From contig OZ024745.1 in assembly GCA_964016885.1 (NCBI GenBank), forward strand, positions 82,336,001-82,400,000: a DNA stretch of 64,000 nucleotides, in the 5' to 3' direction. The position numbers and the translations under genes were made by a program. The notes beneath the pieces are model-generated. The model was not told the origin of the DNA. It saw nothing but the letters and a program-made list of their open reading frames with translations, and did no database searches. How positions within the stretch are numbered: the first letter of the stretch is position 1; every line of letters starts with the position of its first letter. The DNA comes from Eledone cirrhosa. Lineage: Eukaryota. Shown piece after piece: positions 1 to 13,100 of the stretch.

Positions 1-1046
1 AGTACTGCTGGCTTCTTTTTTCGTTGAAGTTTATCAAAAAATGCCGATATTCTTGACCTGAAATCATTGAAATAAGTTGATTATTACAACAAAAAATGAA
101 CAAAACTCATTATGAAATCACATAATATTGATATTAGGGATTCGAAGATATTGAATGCTTTATTTAACGTTTGCAGTTATATAATAATTCAAACATGTCA
201 TTATGAAGAGAGGCATCTGTTGGCGATATTGGTTAATGTTTTTTTTTGTGATTTAGGGGTGAGATGTTTGAGTAATCATAAATGGGAGTTGTATCGGAAA
301 TAGTTTCCCGAATGGCACTGTTAGACGAAACCGAGTCAAATATTTTCGGCTCAAAATGGAAAACAGATTATGAATTCAGTCAGTATCTTAGAAGATCACA
401 CTATAGAGAGCGGCGCTTTAAAACGTATTAATATTGGTATCTTTCAACAAGAAGGGAAATGAAATGTGAAATTGCAGTTTGGCGAATGGAGAAGAGAAAG
501 CTTTCTATCTGTTGTAGAATCTATCTAGCAGCCTGGACATATGGGAAGCTTACCCCTTACATTTCGATACTCGTCTCAGTAAATATGGATATTAACATAA
601 ATTATGAATGCTTTCTTATTGAGTATGCACAATGGCAAACATAGTTCTTCATCTGGAGATAGAATGAGAAATAAAAGATGAAATAGAAAGATAACATGTG
701 AGAAGAGAAAGGACCAGAAACAAATTTTGGGGGAAGAAAAAACACGTGTTCAGTCAGTTATTCGAAACACATCGTATCTTCAGCTCATATTGTTCTTACA
801 GTGTTTAATTCATATTCTTTCCTTTACTTACTCTACTTCGATAAAGGAATCCACCCGAAAAGGCATATCCCTTCTTTCCTTTCTATTCTCTGTAAATATT
901 TATACAGTACACACATTATTCTTATTTGTGTGCAAATGTGTTCTCAATCATGTCTTTATTTCACAATTGTTTTCAATCTTTGTTTATGTCATTAACTTTT
1001 AAGTTTTAACTGTTTGCTTCAGCGTCCATTTGTGTCAGCCTGACTT

Positions 1047-1278
1047 AGGGCGGTGGATTGGCATTATCGGTAGAGAGACGGACACGATGCTTTGCAGCAT
1101 AGAGTTACGGTCCTTTACGGTCTGAGTTCAAATCCCGCCGAAGTTAACTTTGCCTTTCATCCTTACGGGGTCGATAACATAAAGCACCAGTAATGTACTG
1201 GGGTCGATTTAATCGACTTTCCCCTCCCCCATTACTGGCCTTGTGACTATACTAGAAATCATCATTATTATTATTATT
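1047..1278 (+). mobile_element. tRNA-derived SINE (family 1) with (TTA)n tail
   Basis: Box A-like TGGCATTATCGG, box B-like GAGTTCAAATCC, conserved core GTTAACTTTGCCTTTCATCCTTACGGGGTCGATAA and TTA-repeat tail. The core recurs about 10 times in the window. Confidence 0.85.
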
Positions 1279-1286
1279 GTTGTTAT

Positions 1287-3275
1287 TCCTTGAATCTCAG
1301 TCATTGATGTTGGTTAACTGGAAAGTCCGTTGGATTGAATATCAAGCCACTACCTGCAGCCTCAGATATTCAGGACGTATCGGAGGGTTCTTGCTGTTCC
1401 AAGCAAGCATGCCTTTTGAAGCGTTCCAAAAAGCGTGAAGGGGCCGATTTTCTTTAACCATCCCTGGAAACTTTTGGAGATAGTCCCCAGTGCGCCTATG
1501 ACAATCGGGATCACTTTGACTTCATGGCAGTTCCAAATCCTTTTCACCTCCCACTTTAGGTCCTGGTATCGGTTAATTTTCTCCCTCTCCTTCTCTTGCA
1601 CTCTCGTGTCGAACGGGCGGCAGGCCACATCCACAATCAGACACGATCTTTTTTCTTTGCCCACAACCACCAGGTCAGGTCTATTGTGTTCCAGTTTTTT
1701 GTCCGTCTGTATCCTAAAATCCCTCAGCACCTTCACCTGATTGTTCTCCATCACCGCCTCTGGCCTATGCTCATACCATTTCTCAGAATGTGGTAAATTG
1801 TTTACTTTGCACAGGTGCCAGTGGATCACCCTGCCCATCACATCGTGTCTCCAGCCCTTATAGTGGGTCTGGGCTAGGTGTTTACACTCGGACACAATGT
1901 GAGCCACAGTCTCCTCTCTCTCTCCACAGATCCTGCACAGTGGGCTAGCCTCCTCCTTGTAGATATGGTGCTTCAACCACTTCGTTTTGAGGGCCTGCTC
2001 CTGCGCAGCCATTAGCATTCCTTCTGTAGCCTTTTTGAGGTCTCCTCTTCTCAACCAGTTCCATGTCTGTGGATCTCTAAATTCAGTTTTCTCAAAGAAG
2101 GTACTATGAAGGGATTTTCCCTTAAGGCTGCTCTTCCTCCTTGATGTTATTTCCTCCTTGGACATCCCCTGGCCTACTGTCCCCTCCTTCAGTACAGTTC
2201 TGAGCATTGGCTCCTTACTATAGGTCACGTATTTGTATAGGTTGTTTTTCTCCATCCGAACACAGTCCTCTATGCTGATAAGACCTCTTCCACCCTCAGA
2301 TCTCCTTAGGTAGAGTCTATCGACATCACTCCTCTTGTGGAACATGTTGTAGATAGTCAATAGCTTCCTAGTCTTCCTATCCATTTCTTTTTGTTCAGCA
2401 ACATTCCATCTCAGAATTCCCGCACTGTACCTAATAATAGACACAGCTCGGGAATTTACTGCGCTTATGGCATTTCTGCTGTTCAGATGTGACTTCAATA
2501 CGCTCCTTTCTTAACAATTCCTTCATTTTTTTGTTCTTTATGCCATCAGCCTCCAGAACGCCCAAATACTTGTATCCTTCCTCAGAGTCAATTTCCTTTA
2601 TCATCTCACCTGTTGGTATCTGGATCCCGTTACTTCTGCTCAACCTACCCCTCTTCATCACAATGACTCCACATTTACCAATACCAAACTGCATACATAT
2701 ATCACTGCTGAAAATACGGACATTGTCAACAAGCACATCCAACTCCTTCTCACTTTTCCCGAAGAGCCTAAGATCGTCCATGAAGAGGAGGTGATTGATG
2801 GTAAGCTCTCCCCTTCCCAACTTGTATCCTGCTCTCACTTTTCGCAGCATAATGGTCAAGGGCATCAGGGCAAGGACAAACAACAGAGGGGACAGGCTAT
2901 CTCCCTGGAAGATACCTCTCTTGATCTTCACGCTTCCCAAGGATACTCCAGTTGATGTCAACTCTGTCTCACAGGACCCCATACTCCTGCCTAGCAACTG
3001 TCTGATGTTATCTGCCACCCTGAAGATCTCCAGGCTTTTGGTGATCCAGGAATGAGGCACCATGTCAAATGCCTTTCTGTAGTCTATCCATCCCATGGCA
3101 AGATCAGTGTGTCTCCTCCTGCAATTCCCCATTACCATCTTATCAATAAGTAACTGGTCCTTTGTACCACGTGACTTCTTTCGGCATCCTTTCTGTTCGT
3201 CCGGTAACAAGTTGTTTGTGTGGAGGTGATGGTAGATTTCCTCAGACACAATGCTCGTCAACAGTTTCCACATTA
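1287..3275 (-). mobile_element. 5'-truncated R4/Dong-clade (RLE-type) non-LTR retrotransposon
   Basis: RT motifs ([28 protein letters not shown]), CCHC finger CRICGEREETVAHIVSEC and restriction-like nuclease RPD..IVD..EK..RY. The 3' end abuts a (TAA)n tract. Confidence 0.85.
1362..3275 (-). pseudogene. RT + zinc finger + restriction-like endonuclease ORF, frameshifted near 2490
   Basis: ORFs 2431..3294 and 1362..2498 are consecutive parts of one protein. The first few codons of the annotated 3294 start lie in flanking DNA. Confidence 0.85.
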
Positions 3276-3389
3276 CAAATGTGTTCTCAATCATGTCTTT
3301 ATTTCACAATTGTTTTCAATCTTTGTTTATGTCATTAACTTTTAAGTTTTAACTGTTTGCTTCAGCGTCCATTTGTGTCAGCCTGACTT

Positions 3390-3604
3390 AGGGCGGTGGA
3401 TTGGCATTATCGGTAGAGAGACGGACACGATGCTTTGCAGCATAGAGTTACGGTCCTTTACGGTCTGAGTTCAAATCCCGCCGAAGTTAACTTTGCCTTT
3501 CATCCTTACGGGGTCGATAACATAAAGCACCAGTAATGTACTGGGGTCGATTTAATCGACTTTCCCCTCCCCCATTACTGGCCTTGTGCCTATACTAGAA
3601 ATCA

Positions 3605-3636
<32 letters not shown>
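3390..3636 (+). mobile_element. SINE family 1, near-identical duplicate of 1047-1278
   Basis: Part of the direct repeat 933-1278 / 3276-3621. Confidence 0.85.
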
Positions 3637-3637
<1 letters not shown>

Positions 3638-4255
3638 TTTGAGTCTCAGTCATTGATGTTATTTAACTGGAAAGTTTGTTGAAATGAATATCAAGCCGCT
3701 ACCCGCAACCTCAGATATTCAGGACGTATCGGAGGGTTCTTGCTATTCCCAGCAAGCATTCCTTTTGAAGTGTTCCAAAAAGCAGGGCTGGACTAATCTT
3801 CTTTAACCATCCGGACTAATTTTCTTTAACCATCCTTGGAACCTCTTTGAGATAGTACCTAGTGCGCCTATGACAATCGGGACGACTCTGACTTCATGGC
3901 AGTTCCAAATCCTTTTTACCTCCCACTTTAAGTCCTGGTATCGGTTAATTTTTTCCCTCTCCTTTTCTTGCACTCCCGTGTCAAATGGGCAGGCTACATC
4001 TACAATCAGGCATGATCTTTTTTCCTTGTCCAAAACCACCAGGTCAGGCCTATTGTGTTCTAGTTTCTTGTCTGCCTGTATCCTAAAATCCCATAGCACC
4101 TTCACCTGATCGTTTTCTATCACCGACTCTGGCTTATGCTCATACCACTTCTCAGAATGCGGTAAATTGTTTACTTTGCATTGATGCCAGTGGATCACCC
4201 TGCCCAACACATCATGTCTCCAGCCTTTATAGTGAGTCTGGGCTTTATAGTGAGT
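3637..4255 (-). mobile_element. 3' fragment of a second R4/Dong-type LINE
   Basis: Homologous to 1290-1875 (HYKGWRHD...RPDLVV..IVDVACPFD). (TAA)n tracts on both sides. Confidence 0.85.
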
Positions 4256-4282
4256 CATTATTATCATTATTATCATTATTAT

Positions 4283-4478
4283 AAGGGCGTTGAATTGGCA
4301 GTATCGGTAGAGGGTTGGACGCCATGCTTTGACGCATAGAGTTACGGCCCTTGCCATTCTGAGTTCAAATCCCGTCGAGGTTAACTTTGCCTTTCATCCT
4401 TACGGGGTCGATAAAATAAAGTACCAGTAATGTACTGGGTTATTGCTGGCCTTGTGCCAAAAGTAGAAACAATTATTA

Positions 4479-4525
<47 letters not shown>

Positions 4526-4602
4526 GCCGAGGTTAACTTTGCCTTTCATCCTAACGGGGTCGATAAAATAAAGTACCAGTAATGCACTAGGAGAGAATTT
4601 AA
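4283..4602 (+). mobile_element. SINE family 1 (4283-4525) plus a 5'-truncated copy (4526-4602)
   Basis: Same A/B boxes, core and TTA tail. Confidence 0.8.
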
Positions 4603-4797
4603 TCTACTTTGTATTAGTGTATACATGTGTGTGTGCGTGGGTGGGTGGGCGTGTAGGGTAGGTCTTCGTATGCAGCAGGGTCCGAGTTTGGTTTTCGTAT
4701 CTAGTAAGGTCCGAGTTGGTAAGTATAGGGTGACTTTGTTTAAAGTGGAGGAGAAAGGAATTATGGGTGAGTTGTAGCCACAGGAAGTGTAAGGGTT

Positions 4798-4841
<44 letters not shown>

Positions 4842-6353
4842 GGAGATAGTGGTGGCAGAGTTCTAAGGGAGGATGAAGGGGTGGAGGTGTGTGTCATAGC
4901 GGTCAAATAGAGTGTACGGAACGGAAGTTGAAGTAGTGTCTAGTGCATGAGGGAGTTGATACAAAATGTGAATACAATGAATACAAAAGGAGTTTCGGTG
5001 TGACAATGTGGCAGCTGCGAGGAGGAAGGGTACGGATGGTGTGGCGGTGGTGGTGGTATTGGTGGTGATTGTGGTGGTGGTGGTGGCAAAAGTGATGGTG
5101 CGGGTGATAATTGAGGTTATGGAGTGAACAGCTGATGTGTTTTTGTCATGCTGTTTATGGTGGTGGTTGTAGTGTAGGGGATGCGTACGCAGATGTACAA
5201 GCATATATACATATAAATTCGCAGGCATGTGTGGTGGGGTGAGTTAGTAATGTTAATTGGTGTTAGTTATGATATGCGCGGGTATTCTAGCCATAGTAGT
5301 AAGAGGTTAATGAATATTAGTAGTGGTAGCTGGCCGTGTAAGTTAGAGGTCTACTGTGTGCGTGCGCGGTGGTCAGTTTGTGTGTGTGTGTGTGTGTGTG
5401 CGCGCGCATGTTCATGTGCCATTACGGAGGCATGTTTGTGTGTACGTGTGCTGGTGGAAGTGTTAGACTGCTGTTGGGGGCCCTACGTGCAGAAGCACAC
5501 AAATATATATGCGCTGGTGTGTTTGGTGGGGTGAGTTAGTAATGAAATAGTTGGGATATAGGCAGGTATTTGTGCCATAGTGAGGAGTAAGTGAGTATTA
5601 CAAGTGTCAGTCGTCCGTGTATGTACGGGCTCAATTATGCGCGCGTGTCAGTGTGTCGGTGTATATGCGTATGTGTACGTGCGCTTGTGCGTGCGAACAC
5701 GTGTTCATGTGCGTGGGAGCGCACGTGTTCATGTGCAGTTACTGAGGTGTTTTAGTGTATCCATGTGCTGGTGTGTGAGAGTGGGTGTGCTGGTGGAAGT
5801 GTTCGTGTGTTGACATATATTATATATATATAAACATTGGAGAAAAAACAACGGAAACACGGACAGCCCCATCTCTTCAGCCAACATTTGGAAATCACTA
5901 CGGTTTCTGTTCTTTAAGCTTGACACTTTTCATTCCAGTGCACATTTGCAAGGAAGAAAACAACCAGAGATAAGTAATGTCTATCTGTGAATTACACAAA
6001 TATAGATGAAAATGTATCCCAAGTTCGTCAACTAACAAAAAATGGAGAGAACTGTGGGCAAGGAATTAACCAAAGAAGAAACTGATATAGAAAAGAAAGA
6101 AACAGACAAAAACAAACAAAACAAAACAAAACAGAAAACAATAATATAAACTGCAGTCCTATGTGCAGACGGAGAAGTATGACACTGAGGCAAGGAAACG
6201 GTAAGAAAGGAGAATAGAATACAGACAGAGCGGTGTGAAGTTTAATTAGTATATGATAGTTACAGAAATGACCGCATAGCTAAGTTTTCTCCATTGTCTT
6301 TGTCCTGTATGCCCCCAATTTGAATTCATATCCTAAAGATCTAACCACGCGGC

Positions 6354-7088
<735 letters not shown>

Positions 7089-7521
7089 AATATACTCCAA
7101 ATATTTGTCGAGTGCTTTTATATCAGTTATAAATATTTACTAGTTGTAACCCAACAATTTTAAATATAACTTTCCATATATATATATATATATATATATA
7201 GGGAGACACAAAGCAGGCTTTGTTTACAAAAACGGATAGCGAATTTGAAAATTTGGTAGTAACATGTGCTTACGCCGTATTTGACTGCATAGATTAATTC
7301 TATGTAGTCACATACGGTGTAAGAACATGCTACTACCTAATTTTATATATATATATAATATATATATATATATATGTATATATGAAAAGTGTAATTTTCT
7401 ACACAAAACGAAGGTTATAGAGAAAATTGAGGTTGGTAATGGCACATGGAATATATAAGAGACAGAATACTTTTTTGTGAAAAAACATAATTTTATAAGG
7501 TAAGGAAATAATAAAGGGTAT

Positions 7522-7572
7522 AAAAAATGACCGGTTTCGATGGGTCTGCAAAAGCCATCTTTTCAAATGTTG
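7522..7572 (-). ncRNA. Minimal type I hammerhead ribozyme motif, U3-A8 core variant
   Basis: Minus strand caacat-TTGAAAA-gatgg(cttttgcagac)ccatc-GAAA-ccgg-TC-attttt. It has a 5-bp stem II, a palindromic stem III and a GUC triplet. Stem I is degenerate. Confidence 0.65.
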
Positions 7573-7884
7573 ATTAATATTAAGAAAAATTAATAATACG
7601 AAGAGTTAAAATTTGAGACTTGAAAATTCAAGTATAAAATTCATTGTGGGATTTCATAGCAGTTTTCATCTAGGTAGCAACAACAGGTTGACTGCTGTGT
7701 CCCTTTCTGGTAGTGAATGAGAAGTTATTTGGGGTGTGGGTTATTTTATAAAGGTCAGATTTAGCAATCACCAACTGGCCAGCTGCTGGTCAGTGAGGGG
7801 GTGGAAGCAATATACATACACATATCTTCCTGTGATGGGTAGGAGAGTGGAGCGTGATAGAAAGGGATTTAGTGCACTTACACC

Positions 7885-7997
7885 TATATATACACACATA
7901 CCTTCATCCACACATACATACATATACATATATATATATACATATATATACATATACACACATACATACACACACACATACATATACATACACACAT

Positions 7998-8052
<55 letters not shown>

Positions 8053-8105
8053 TATATATACATACACATACATCCAGATACACACATACATACACACACA
8101 CACAC

Positions 8106-8165
<60 letters not shown>

Positions 8166-8500
8166 CCCCACACATACATACACACACATATATATATACA
8201 CACACACACACATATATATATACATACACACATACAAACATACACACACCCACACATATATATACACACATACACACACATATATATACACACACACACA
8301 CACACGCATATATATATATATATACATATACGCATACATCCAGATACCCACATACATACACACACACACACACACACGCACACACAATACATACATCCAC
8401 ATGCACACACATACACACACACACACATATACACATACATACACCCACACACAGAGAAATGGCCTTCAAATATATATATATATATACATACAGACACATA
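7885..8500. repeat. Compound (TA/CA/TACA)n microsatellite
   Basis: Directly visible. It generates the spurious HT/YI/CV ORFs. Confidence 0.95.
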
Positions 8501-8785
8501 TATTTTTTCCATAATATAAGAAGTTGGAGCAGTGAAATTAAAATAGAAGTCATTCTGATCACATTGAGTTCTTCATGTAGATTGGGCCCCGCAACCGACA
8601 GTGGTGAATTCTGTGTGCGCATATATATATAGATATATGTGTGTGCACGTGCAGGGTTTAACATGGATGTGTTGGTCACACAAAGGCATGGTCTGTCAAT
8701 GAATAAACCTGATTCTACAGAATTGGTCTCTGGTCTTTAATAGTAGTGATTCCGTGCGTATGTGTGTTTATATTTTATGACAATT

Positions 8786-10047
8786 CTATTGGGGTGATAA
8801 CCCGTTTAGTTTTGGTTTAAATTTGTTGAGGAATAGATTTTCTTTGTTTATTCTTTGTTGCTGTGTGAACGAATCTGAGCACTTGTAGAAGGGGAAGATT
8901 TTAAAGTTGGGTAGTGTCATTCCTGCGCAGTTCGCAATATGGCTGCTCAAGGGGATTTTTCTTGTGTTAGCGTCCCGGATTTGTTGGCGGTGGATGGTCA
9001 TTCTTTTGCGTAATGAGGTGCCCGTCTGTCCTATGTAGTTGTGTTTGCACCCACCGCAAGTTATTGCGTAAATCAAGTTCTCCGAGTTGCAGGTGAAGTT
9101 GTTTTTTACTGTAAATGTTTGGCCATCTTTGAATGTAAATGTTTGTCCTTCAGTGAGGTAGAGGCACGTTCCACAGTTTGTTCTACCACATTTGGTAACT
9201 GTAGGGTTGAGGATTGGTTTGGGTATATTTGGTCCAGTGAGAATGCGTTTAAGTGATTTGGGTTGTCTTTTACTTTTAAGGATCTTGTGTGTTTCAAGAA
9301 TAGACTTCATTTTTACATCTTTAAGTAGGATGGGGAGGTTTTTGTGTAGGTGATCAAACATTTCGGTATTTCTGGGGTTGAAAGTGGATACATATGGCAG
9401 GGTGTTGAGTGTGGTTTTCTGATTTGGATTGTTAAGTTGATGGGGATTTAGGTGTTTTGCCCTGTCTATTCCATTGTTGATTATTTCAAGTGGAAAGGCT
9501 CTTAAGATAAGGGTGTCTTTTAGTTCCTTTAGTCTTTGCTCCCGTTTAGGTGGATCTGATACTATGGTACATATACGTTTGGCCAAATTGTAAGGAATGT
9601 TAAGTTTTGTATGTTTTGGGTGACTTGATGTGAAAAAGAGGTATTGCTTGGAATCTGTGGGTTTATAGAATATATCTGTATCTAATTTCCCGTCTATTAC
9701 AGAGATGAGAATATCCAAGAAGGCTAATTCCTTAGGATTGGATTCCATTGTGAATTGTATGTTATTATCTATGTTGTTTATCATGTTTTTAAACGTAGTA
9801 AGTGAGTTCATGTCTTCTTGCCATAGGATAAAGCAGTCGTCTAGATATCTTTTCCAATTGGCTTTGAGGTGTGTGTGGAAAGAGTCTCCAAATAAGAGAA
9901 GGGACTGACTGTATATTTGTTGTTCATGGAATCCCATGACTAGGTTGGCATATGTGGGTGCTACTTTCGTGCCCATTGCCGTACCTGATACTTGTCTGTA
10001 TGTTGAACCATTGAATGTGAAGTAGTTATTTTGTATTATTTTGTTAT
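8786..10047 (-). CDS. Penelope-like RT + GIY-YIG endonuclease (5'-truncated, open to the stop)
   Basis: GTAMGTKVAPTYANL, KRYLDD, FLD, YKPTD, CGRTNCGTC, LIYAITC..C..NYIGQT...LRKRM..H. The ORF N-terminus beyond ~10047 is flanking repeat and LINE tail. Confidence 0.9.
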
Positions 10048-10050
10048 ATG

Positions 10051-10081
<31 letters not shown>

Positions 10082-10113
10082 GTGTATATATATATGTAGA
10101 TAGATATATAGAT

Positions 10114-13100
10114 ATATTTCTTTATTAGCCACAAGGGCGCACAAGAAAAGGGGACAATACAAAGACATGCCGGGGATTTTACATACAGTCGTGTAAAAAA
10201 TATAACAACAAACAATTACAACAATCGAAATCTCCAATAGGGGGAAGGCGCCACAAATGGGTTGTTTAATACCCCGTCGATAAAACAACCCTCAACTCCA
10301 GGAGCGTGTTGTGCAAGTGCTCCTTTCTTCCTTTTGCTCTCTTCTTCAACCTACAGTCTTATAAACAGAGAAGGCCCAAACACTCGGGCCATTTTTGCTT
10401 CATTCACCCACCTTTCCGTAAATTTACTGGGATGCAGTGCCTCTCTCTCCACTCTCATTCTCCTTCTAAAGTGATCAATTGTTGTCCGGGAATCAATTAT
10501 TGTCCGGAGAGAAAGGCATCTGTCCTCAGTCCTCTCAACCTCGTCCACCATATAACTTCTTTCACCATAGCGACCGTACAGAGGAAAACCGCCTCTCTTT
10601 CGTTTTTGAAAGAGGCTGGCGGTTTGATCCTTACTATGGACTCGGCAGTCAACTGGATTTGTCCCATACGCGAGAGCAGTTGTTCTGCATAGTTCCACAG
10701 GCCGGTTACGCCTGGGCAGTGTACAATTGCGTGCAGGACTGTTTCAATGTCCTGCGCGCATCTTGGACACATCCTCTTGGAAGGATCCATGCCGGGGCGT
10801 CCGTGCTTGTAGATCTTGTCACGAACCGGTAGAGCTCCTCGGTAGCACTGCCAGGCCAGGGACCTCTGGAAGTTGTCCATAGGTCTCGGGCGGAAAATCC
10901 TACCAAACAGACTGGTGAGCTCATCGTCTTCGACGCCCAGAGTCTCTCCGAGCACGTCGTCGCCATTGTAACGTACAATCCCTCTATAGAATGTCGAAGT
11001 TGAGTTTTCACTGATTGCTGCGCCCGCTTGCCAGGGGACTGTGAGCGCCTGAGCGCATTCAATGTGCAAGGCGGCCATCGTTTTGGGTGTTTTCTTGACC
11101 CAGGACTGCAGCTCCGTCAGCGAGACGAGCTGTGGGAAAGCCTGTCTCACAAACGGTGCCCACACCGGTTGGGGGTCGGTGAGGAATACCTGGAGATGCC
11201 GCAGCCTCAGCGCATGTTTGCGCATCATCAGCCACGGCATTCCCTGCTCTCTGTTGGAAGGGTGCTGACAGCAGACAGATCTCCTCACCAGCGGAGCCTG
11301 CTTCTTCCACAGAAACTGCAAGAGCATGCGTTCCATCTTGGCGAGGTGTTCACGGGGACAAAGCACGACAGTCAAACGGTAGTAGATGACGGACGCTATG
11401 AAAGTGTTCGCCACCTCTGCTCGACCTTTCAAGGACAGTTTGCACTCTGCCCACTTCTGGGTGAGTGCAAACACCTTGGCCGTGACCTCGTTCCAGTTTT
11501 TCTCCACCTGGAGGTCTGGACCGAACCAGACCACGAGCAATTTCAGCGGTTCGTCCGTCCAGCGTCCAACGACGCTGTAGGACGTCATCAGTTTGCCTCT
11601 CCACGTACCGAGTTGCAAACCGACAGACTTGTTCGGGTTTAGTTTTGCTCCCGTTAGCGTTTCGTATTCTTTCAGTAAGTTGCCGATCACTCCGATTTCC
11701 GAGGTGCTCGACACCATTACCGTCACGTCGTCGGCATAAACCGACGCCGCTTTGCGCAGTCCCGGTTCTAGAGGGATGCCCTGCAACAGCTCCAATTTCC
11801 GCAGTAGTGGCTCTAGAGTCAATACATTCAGAATAGAGGAGAGAGGGCACCCCTGTCGAATGGAACGCGTGATTGGGAGCAGATGCTGGTGTGCATCGCC
11901 TCGATCCAGCCTCTGAACACAGGACCGAAACCGACCGCCTTGAGAACCGTTTCCAAGTATCGATGGTCGACCCTATCGAATGCCTTAGACTGATCCAAAT
12001 TGATCAGAGCCCCACCGAAGCCGGGTTTACTACCCAGCCTCTCTATGATGTATCGCATGAGGTGGAGGTTGTCGTGTATGAACCTGGTCGGGATTGCACA
12101 CGTTTGCGCTTTCCCTACCAGGTTCTCGACGACAAGCGCCAACCTCGTCGCTAGCACCTTGGCCAAAATCTTTAACTCTGTGTTGAGCAGAGTTATGGGC
12201 CTGAAGTTGTTAATTTCGTCCCCCTTGTTCTCGTCTTGCCTGATCAGCGTTACTACGCCCTTGCCTGCAGAACTGGGAATTCTCCCGTTCTTCTGCCAAT
12301 TGCAGTAGATGGCTTCGAGGACGCCAGAGAACAAGTCCGGCTTGCCTATGTAAAATTCGTAGGGTAGACCATCTAGACCGGGTGACTTGCGTTTCCCGCA
12401 GCGGCCCAGAGCGTCCCGTATCTCAGTGTCCGTGATCGGTCTTTCGCAGAACTCGGCGTCCGTGTTCGAGAGACGCGGCAGGCCGTCGAGGTATGAACTA
12501 AAGTCCATTTCCCCGTTCGGCTCACCGTCGTTCTGCTCAAACAGTCTCGCAAAGTGCTGCTGAAAGGCCGCGCACATTTGCTTGGGGTCAAATAGCACGC
12601 GTCCGTTTTGGTCTTTCAAAGATCGAATTGTGGACTTGTTGCCACTTTTTGCCTCCGCCACTCGGGCCCAGCTGACAACTTTCGCTCCTTCGTTTCCTAG
12701 AGCACGTGTTTTGCTTCTGACCACGCAGCCTTCGTGTTTCGCATCGAAGAACTGGTCCAGTGCCGTTCTCGACGCTAACATTCTAGCCGCGTTGCCACTT
12801 CTAAGTACCTCCTCTACATTGGCTACTAGTTCTCTTTCTATTCTGTTTTTCTCTAAGGCTAACTCTCTGCTATACCCTATCGATTCTATTCTAATTGCTT
12901 TCTTGAGAGATTACCACCATCTATTGTTGACGATAGCTCCCGTTAACTGTTGCTTGACTAGTCTACTTATCCGTTCACTGTAAGCTTTACGTGCCGGCAA
13001 CGACACGTTCAGCTTCCAGTATCCGGGTCCCTGTCTATGTATTCTATCACGGTTGACTAAGCAGATGACTAATTTGTGATCTGAATAGGGAACCATGTGC

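Larger units (their letters stand above)
7385..10047 (-). mobile_element. 5'-truncated Penelope-like element (Neptune-like Cys motif) with a long 3' region
   Basis: PLE RT motifs and C-terminal GIY-YIG, a hammerhead near the 3' end, and (TA)n at both borders. The 3' boundary is approximate. Confidence 0.75.

Noticed and set aside
1047-1140. tRNA gene-like A/B boxes
   Set aside because: These are SINE heads with no complete cloverleaf.
5872-5912. Minus-strand GAAA...CTGAAGA, possible type II hammerhead
   Set aside because: Stems II and III cannot be formed.
7736-8679. Long overlapping ORFs rich in H/T/Y/I or C/V (also 6280-6980, 39301-39608, 58933-59386, 60416-60823)
   Set aside because: Translations of stop-free microsatellite or low-complexity DNA.
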